Source: Candidatus Latescibacterota bacterium
GTDB lineage: Bacteria; Latescibacterota; UBA2968; GCA-2709665
Assembly (NCBI GenBank): GCA_965237675.1
Contig: OZ250150.1
Location: forward strand, 2,336,001 to 2,400,000
Direction: 5' to 3'
Length of the DNA stretch: 64,000 nucleotides
Below, in pieces: positions 58,386 to 64,000 of the stretch; position 1 is the first letter of the stretch; every line of letters begins with the position of its first letter. The notes under the pieces are model-generated. The model was not told the DNA's origin, made no database searches, and saw only the letters and a program-made list of their open reading frames with translations. The translations under genes were made by a program, and so were the position numbers.

Positions 58386-60800
58386 TCAAAATGGCTCGCC
58401 CCCATAATACCAGCGATTGATTACTTCATCGGCGGCTTCTGCAAAGCCGGGAGAGGCATCCTCAACAAAGGCTTTTCGCACGTAGCACACGCCCCTCTCC
58501 ACGCCCGTGCACTCATCATCATGTTCGAGATTGCTCATCTTCAGGTACAGACTTCCGAAGCCTTTCCGAAATTCCGTGTCTCCCAAGCGGTTATACAAGG
58601 CCGCGAATAGGCCAAATCCCATGTTGTAATTGCATGACGACCTATAGAGGGCCGCACCTTCGAGGCTCTTATCAGGGCTGGCAGTATACGTCTTCTGGTC
58701 CAACTCTCCTATGGTGTCGAACAGACTGCAGTCGGTGTCGCTGGGCGAAGCCGGGACTTGATCTATCCCCTCCAAGTCTGTGGCAGGATTTCCCATAAAT
58801 GTGGCAGCCCCTTCTGCAATCCAGGTGAATGGCGTGAAAGTAATCCCTTTTGAATACGCGGCTTGCCACCACGCGGATGGAATGCTCCAGTAATTGTGAG
58901 CAAGCTCGTGGGCGAGAAGATCGATATCTTCCTCGTATCCGGTGTGAAGCGTAACGATCCCATTTCCAGCGCTTGCTCTTGGCCCCCCCTCGTAATCCAC
59001 GTTGAATATGACCGCCATGTTGTAGGGGTAGGCCACATTCATGAAAGCCTCCTGTTGACGGAGTATTTCTTCCAGTATGTCCATTGTGCGGAATGTGCCG
59101 GGAGTGATGCGGATAATCATCAAGGTCGTTTCCCCGGTTAGGGGAAGCGCTATTGTCCGCTCTTGCAGATACACCTGATCGGGGTCCAATAGAATAAGTC
59201 GACTTTCCACATTTTCCGGCGAGAATCTGGCAATCCGCCAAAGCCCCGCTAAAATCACGGTGTCCTTGTCCGTGATGCCTCCACTCAATGAAGGGTGGTC
59301 CAGAACCTGTTGCAGATAGCGCCCGTCCATCTGACGGTCCAGGAAGTTCAGACAGCGCACTGCATAGTAATCGAGAGTTTCGAACGTATCAATAAAAGGC
59401 ATTCTTAAAATTCGCAAGGTGGATTCAACGCTGAACTCTCTTCCCCATCTGCTGGCCATGCCGACCAGCTCTTCAATCATAAAGGCTTCGTCCGCAGTTA
59501 GTCCGTCTCTGATCCAGAGTTTCTCCAGCAAAGCCGAGAACACTTCGTCGGTACGCAGCGCCGCCTTAGTCAAGGTCGAAACGCCGTAGGACTCGGATTC
59601 GCTGACGCCATCCTGGATCCAGGACAACGCCGCCAGGGCAGCGTATTCTTCAGGGTTTTGGGCCCCCACTTCCTCCAACAGCTTTTCGACTCTCGAGTTG
59701 TCCCAGACCGTCACCACGCTGGAGCCGGAGCAGTTGTTTCGGGTATTGCTCTCGCCTGTAACGGTCGCCACACAAGCGCCGTAGTAGTAGGCGCCCTCAA
59801 TCGACGGGGCGGTCAGGCTGATCGACTCGGCACTGGCGCCAGACGCCGCAAGGCTACTTACGGCACCGCTGTCAACCAGCGTATCCTGCAAGGAAATCGT
59901 CCGGTTGGTCGAGCGGTAGTACCGCAAGGTCGCGGCCGCCGCCGCACCCGCGCCCTGGTTGCGTACCGTAGCACTCAACGTGAAGGATTGCCCCGGGGTC
60001 AGGGTGCTGTCGCTGACCGAGGGCGATTCAACTATCAAATCGGGGCTACTGGGAGGCGGAGAGGGGGTAAAAGAAACACGGACCCCCCTTGCCTGGAGCG
60101 TCGGGACGTGGGTGCTCAGGGATTCAGCGTTCAGTGGGTTGTCAGTGACGTCAACGGTACCTCCCGCGCCCAACCCCGTGTTCGTCGCCAGGCCAGCGAG
60201 GTCGGTAATGTTATTGCTTGAAAGGATCAGGTGTGTCAAGTTCGTCAAATCTGCCAGGACTGATACGTTCGTAATGCCGTTGGAAGCAAGATCCAGCCAC
60301 GTCAGATTGACGGCAAACTCCAGCCCTGTCAGATCGGTGATGTCCGCATCGCTGGCTGCGAGACTGTCCAACGTCGCCATTTCGGCCTGCGTGATCGGGG
60401 CGTCGCTATCCTTATTGAGGGCTGATTCGATCGCTGTACGGAGGTTGGGATCAGGGATGGCGACGACCGGAGACGGCACCTCTTTGCCGAAGTTCTGCGC
60501 AAAGATCACGAAGTCCGAAAAATCGATCTCACCATCGCCATTCAGATCAACCCGGGCGTCGTACTCTTCATCACCATGGCGCGCTCCGAACACCCCAGCG
60601 AAGATCACAAAGTCGCCAAATCCAATTGTCCCGTCACCGTCAAAGTCTGGAATAGACGCGGTATCGCCGCCGTTGGCTTTGACGCTGATCGCAAGTGCTG
60701 ACACATCGCCATCGCTTGCATCGGAACCCATAGCGGCGTGAAACACGATTGCCAGCAGCGCAAGGGCGGCACTGAACATTATTCTATATCGCGATGGCAT
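58386..60800 (-). CDS. Secreted dockerin/EF-hand + short LRR + CARDB-like Ig + gluzincin (M1-like) metallopeptidase
   Basis: Same N-terminus as its neighbours; PDLIVESPSVS…YYYGAC; AHELAH…WIAEG. Confidence 0.8.
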   Translation of the reverse strand: MPSRYRIMFSAALALLAIVFHAAMGSDASDGDVSALAISVKANGGDTASIPDFDGDGTIGFGDFVIFAGVFGARHGDEEYDARVDLNGDGEIDFSDFVIFAQNFGKEVPSPVVAIPDPNLRTAIESALNKDSDAPITQAEMATLDSLAASDADITDLTGLEFAVNLTWLDLASNGITNVSVLADLTNLTHLILSSNNITDLAGLATNTGLGAGGTVDVTDNPLNAESLSTHVPTLQARGVRVSFTPSPPPSSPDLIVESPSVSDSTLTPGQSFTLSATVRNQGAGAAAAATLRYYRSTNRTISLQDTLVDSGAVSSLAASGASAESISLTAPSIEGAYYYGACVATVTGESNTRNNCSGSSVVTVWDNSRVEKLLEEVGAQNPEEYAALAALSWIQDGVSESESYGVSTLTKAALRTDEVFSALLEKLWIRDGLTADEAFMIEELVGMASRWGREFSVESTLRILRMPFIDTFETLDYYAVRCLNFLDRQMDGRYLQQVLDHPSLSGGITDKDTVILAGLWRIARFSPENVESRLILLDPDQVYLQERTIALPLTGETTLMIIRITPGTFRTMDILEEILRQQEAFMNVAYPYNMAVIFNVDYEGGPRASAGNGIVTLHTGYEEDIDLLAHELAHNYWSIPSAWWQAAYSKGITFTPFTWIAEGAATFMGNPATDLEGIDQVPASPSDTDCSLFDTIGELDQKTYTASPDKSLEGAALYRSSCNYNMGFGLFAALYNRLGDTEFRKGFGSLYLKMSNLEHDDECTGVERGVCYVRKAFVEDASPGFAEAADEVINRWYYGGEPF

Positions 60801-61298
60801 TTACCGGTCTCCTGGCTATCGGTGTTGACAGATCGCTCCTGCTATTCCGACTAAGAATAGTACCTGTCCTAAGCGCAATCTGATTTGTGTGATCCTCTAA
60901 TGTGCGATATTTATCAAGAATGTATTACATGTTGCTGATGCCATTCGACACCCGAAATTTGCCCCGTTATCCTTTTTTTGACACGACCGCATCTGGCGTT
61001 GTGCGAACCACGCTCAATTGGGAATGGGACTCGCCGCGGTCGGCTCGGCAGCGAATCGTTGAACGGTCTCGCATTCAGCCGGCAGGGGACCGTGACCGAC
61101 TACAAGGGCGGGTCGGGACGAGTGAGATTGTCAGGGGTAGCTGAGTGAGGAAGTCCGGGGAACAAAGAAGGGTCGAGGCGCGCGGCTTCGAACCTTCTTC
61201 AAGTTGTACGATACATCAGATGCGTTTTCCAGTTTTGGGCTGGATTGCTTCGTAATTCGAGGCGCTATCCGGATTTTGCGGTACGGAATCGCGTGGGG

Positions 61299-63585
61299 TC
61301 ATTGACCGATGGTACGAACAACACGTCCCTGCGGGTCAACCACGTAGATGGGTTCATTTATTAAGGCGGCGCCGCACGTCAGCTCGGGCTCCGCGGATGC
61401 AGGTGGCGCTGTACCCCACATCTGTCGTTCGTCCGCGAGATCGATATTCATGCCACGGCCCCAAACCCGTTCAGCGCTTTCCAGCCGACCCGTCGGGCCG
61501 TCGTCTCCGAAAATCGACGGGAAGCCACCGGCGATCCCCCCTTGTCCGTACAGTTCGGCGCCGTCAAGGCCGTCAGGATGTGCCCACGTGACATCGAGAA
61601 CAGAGCCGAGGGCCGAGGGCTGGTATGAAGTGATCTTTGCGACTGCCTTACCGGCGTTGGCACCTGGCAGGGTATACGGGTCAGCCTGCGTGACATCCAC
61701 GCCATAGCCGAGATCGGCGAGGGACTGAACCGTGATCGCGCTCAGCGACACTCAGCTTTGTGGCCCCGTCACTTCGCCCTTTAGTACCGAATACCTCCAG
61801 TGCGACCCATCCATCCGCTTGACCGGCACCTTCCTGCCCGCGTAGTCCCTTCCGCCCGCGTCGTCAAATGCTGCAATCGCCAGTGGACCGCTGAAGTGCG
61901 TGTCCGCATTGGGATCGTCCCGCGACAGGTTTTTTGAGGTAGCCGAACTCGTTCCATACCGTACCTGTAAATCCCAAGACGTGCCCTATCTCGTGAAGTC
62001 CGGTATTCATCAAATAAGGCCCAGTCAGGTCGAACGACATGCATCCCAATACAGGTAAACGGTTCTCCTCGCGTAACAGGCTTGGGCCGCCGTACCCTAC
62101 GGCTGAGCCTCCTACGAAGGAGCTCAGATAGATCCGCAGGTCGTCTATCCGCTCACCGGAGGGAATTTCGTAAGACTGACCGCCGCAGGTACCGGACCAG
62201 CCTTGGGTGAATTCAAAGTCCGGCAGGTCTTTCGTAATAACCGCCATCCAGCGCCGGGCCACGTATCGAAACACATTCTTCTGTGCTTCATTGAAATCGT
62301 CGGAAAAAACGAGTTCGATATCGAACTCGCCCTTTCGGAACCGGTCGAAGCTTACCCTAACCCCGCGGCGTTCAAGGGCAGGGATATAATCGTTGATGGA
62401 GGAGTCGCTAAGGGGATTTGCCCGGAGATCCAGATTTGTCAGGTTGGTTAAGCTGGCCAACGCCGACATGTCTGTGATGTTGTTGAAGTCAAGACCCAGA
62501 TATCTCAGATTGGTGAAGCTGGCCAGCGTCGATACATCGGTGATGGCGTTGCGATTAAGGCTCAGCGTTATCAGGTTGGTCAATCCGGACAACGCTGACA
62601 CATCCGTGATGTTGTTATAGCCAAGACTCAGGGATACCAGGTCGGTCATACTCCCCAGCACTGACATCTGCGTCGACACGTCCGTGATGTTGTTAAAGTC
62701 AAGACCCAGATATCTCAGATTGGGGAGGCTGGCCAGCGTCGATACATCGGTGATGGCGTTGAACCCAAGATTCAGGCTTGTCAGGTTGGTCAACCCCGCC
62801 AGCGCCGATATATCCGCGATTCCGGTGGCGCCAAGAATCAGGGTTGTCAGGTTGGTCAAGCCCCTTAGCCACGATGCCAACATGGATAGGTCCGTGATGG
62901 GATTGCCCGAAAGCTGTAGCACTATCAGGTTGGTCAAGCCTGAAAGCGGCGATATGTCCGTGATGGCGTTGTACACAAGCTCCAGTTTTGTCAGGTTGGT
63001 CAAACCGGAGAGCGCCGATACGTCCGTGATGTTGTTGTAGCTAAGGTCCAGGAATGTCAGGTTGGTGGCCGACTCCAGCCCGGTTAGATCGCTTACGGCC
63101 GCAAATGACGCGTAGAGCCGCGTTAAGGTCCTCATTTCAATCTGTGTGATTGGTGCGCCGTTGGCCTTGTCCAAGGCAGCCTCGATCGCCGCTCGCAGGT
63201 TGGCGTCGGGGATGGTGACCTCCGGGGAGGGTACGTCTTTGCCGAAGTTCTGCGCAAAGATCACAAAGTCCGAAAACCCGATCTCCCCATCGCCATTCAG
63301 ATCATACGTGGCGTCGTACTTCTCGTCACCCTGGTGCGCTCCGAACACGCCCGCGAAGATGACAAAGTCGCCAAAGCCGATGGTCCCGTCGCCGTCAAAG
63401 TCTGGAATAGACGCGGTATCGTCGGCGTTTGTATCAGCGGTGACAGCATTGGTTGCTGTGGGATCAATGTTTGCATTGGAACCTGTCGCGGCGTGACATA
63501 CAGATGCCAGCAGCACAATGGCGGCAAAACAAATCATGTTTTTTCGTGAAGCCATTTTTCTAACCCTTCCCATCATGATCTCCAA
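61299..63585 (-). pseudogene. Disrupted paralog of 55842-58019 (dockerin-LRR-M8-like peptidase)
   Basis: One extra base in the A6 run at 61930-61935 and an in-frame TGA at 61752-61754; the fragments align to the intact paralog. Confidence 0.8.
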
Positions 63586-64000
63586 ACCCCGTTTCCGCCT
63601 GATTCAATTTCACTAAACCGGGATGGCATGTTGTATCGCTGCAATATGACCGGTCAGAGATGCTATTCTTGCTGCAGGACGAATTGTGTCCTGTCAAAAT
63701 ACGCAATATGCCGCCGGCGTTCAATGCAGGATATTTGTCGTAGCGTGCTAAATTTGTCCTGGATTCTGCCTTTTACGTTGTATTCAGGGAAGTGAGGTAT
63801 CGTTTATCGCGACCGGACCGAGGGGCGGGGGTAGGATGGTAGACGGTGTCGCGTTTGGCGCTATGAGCACACCGCCCAGACTTGGCCATGAAGCGGAGGC
63901 GTCAATATGGCAGGTAATGTCGGATGGAAGCTGAAATCTGGCAGTTGGTCGCGGTTTGGAGTCGTCGAGGATGCCAGGGGAATGCGGTTAAGGGAGGTTG

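Noticed and set aside
61752-61754. In-frame TGA as selenocysteine or recoding
   Set aside because: It aligns to a Gly-rich position rather than Cys in the paralog, the gene has a second lesion, and TGA is a normal stop elsewhere in the window.
1-64000. tRNA/rRNA genes, integrases or intact transposases
   Set aside because: None were recognised by eye; a covariance-model scan would be needed to exclude small RNAs.

Overview
GC-rich bacterial chromosome segment. The gene content (repeated EF-hand/dockerin-like DxDGDGxxxFxDFxxF modules on eukaryote-like LRR, WD40, NHL, FN3 and cadherin proteins) resembles Latescibacterota/Gemmatimonadota-type host-associated genomes such as sponge symbionts; this is an inference. 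Intact core blocks are a split B12-dependent methionine synthase cluster with a MetF-MetV-like fusion (1-3.9 kb), a sugar-phosphate operon with nagA and recD2 (4-11.8 kb), a lepA-lepB-hemW-thrB-wza-wzz-core metE-NHL-tsaC string (28.4-42.6 kb), enolase-superfamily and Gfo/Idh/MocA catabolic genes, and lon. Two plastic regions (12-28.3 kb and 55.7-63.8 kb) are built from tandem duplications of secreted-protein genes. The most striking pattern is seven genes sharing a dockerin-like double EF-hand module. Two also carry a cohesin-like domain, and four carry Zn-peptidase domains of three different classes, suggesting a cellulosome-like modular surface system. Three of the seven are disrupted, while the housekeeping genes are intact. 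Comparing the duplicates exposes empty sites for two tiny mobile elements: a 160-bp MITE with a CTAC target duplication and a 33-bp CCTGCCTG...CAGGCAGG hairpin. No rRNA, tRNA or CRISPR array was recognised.
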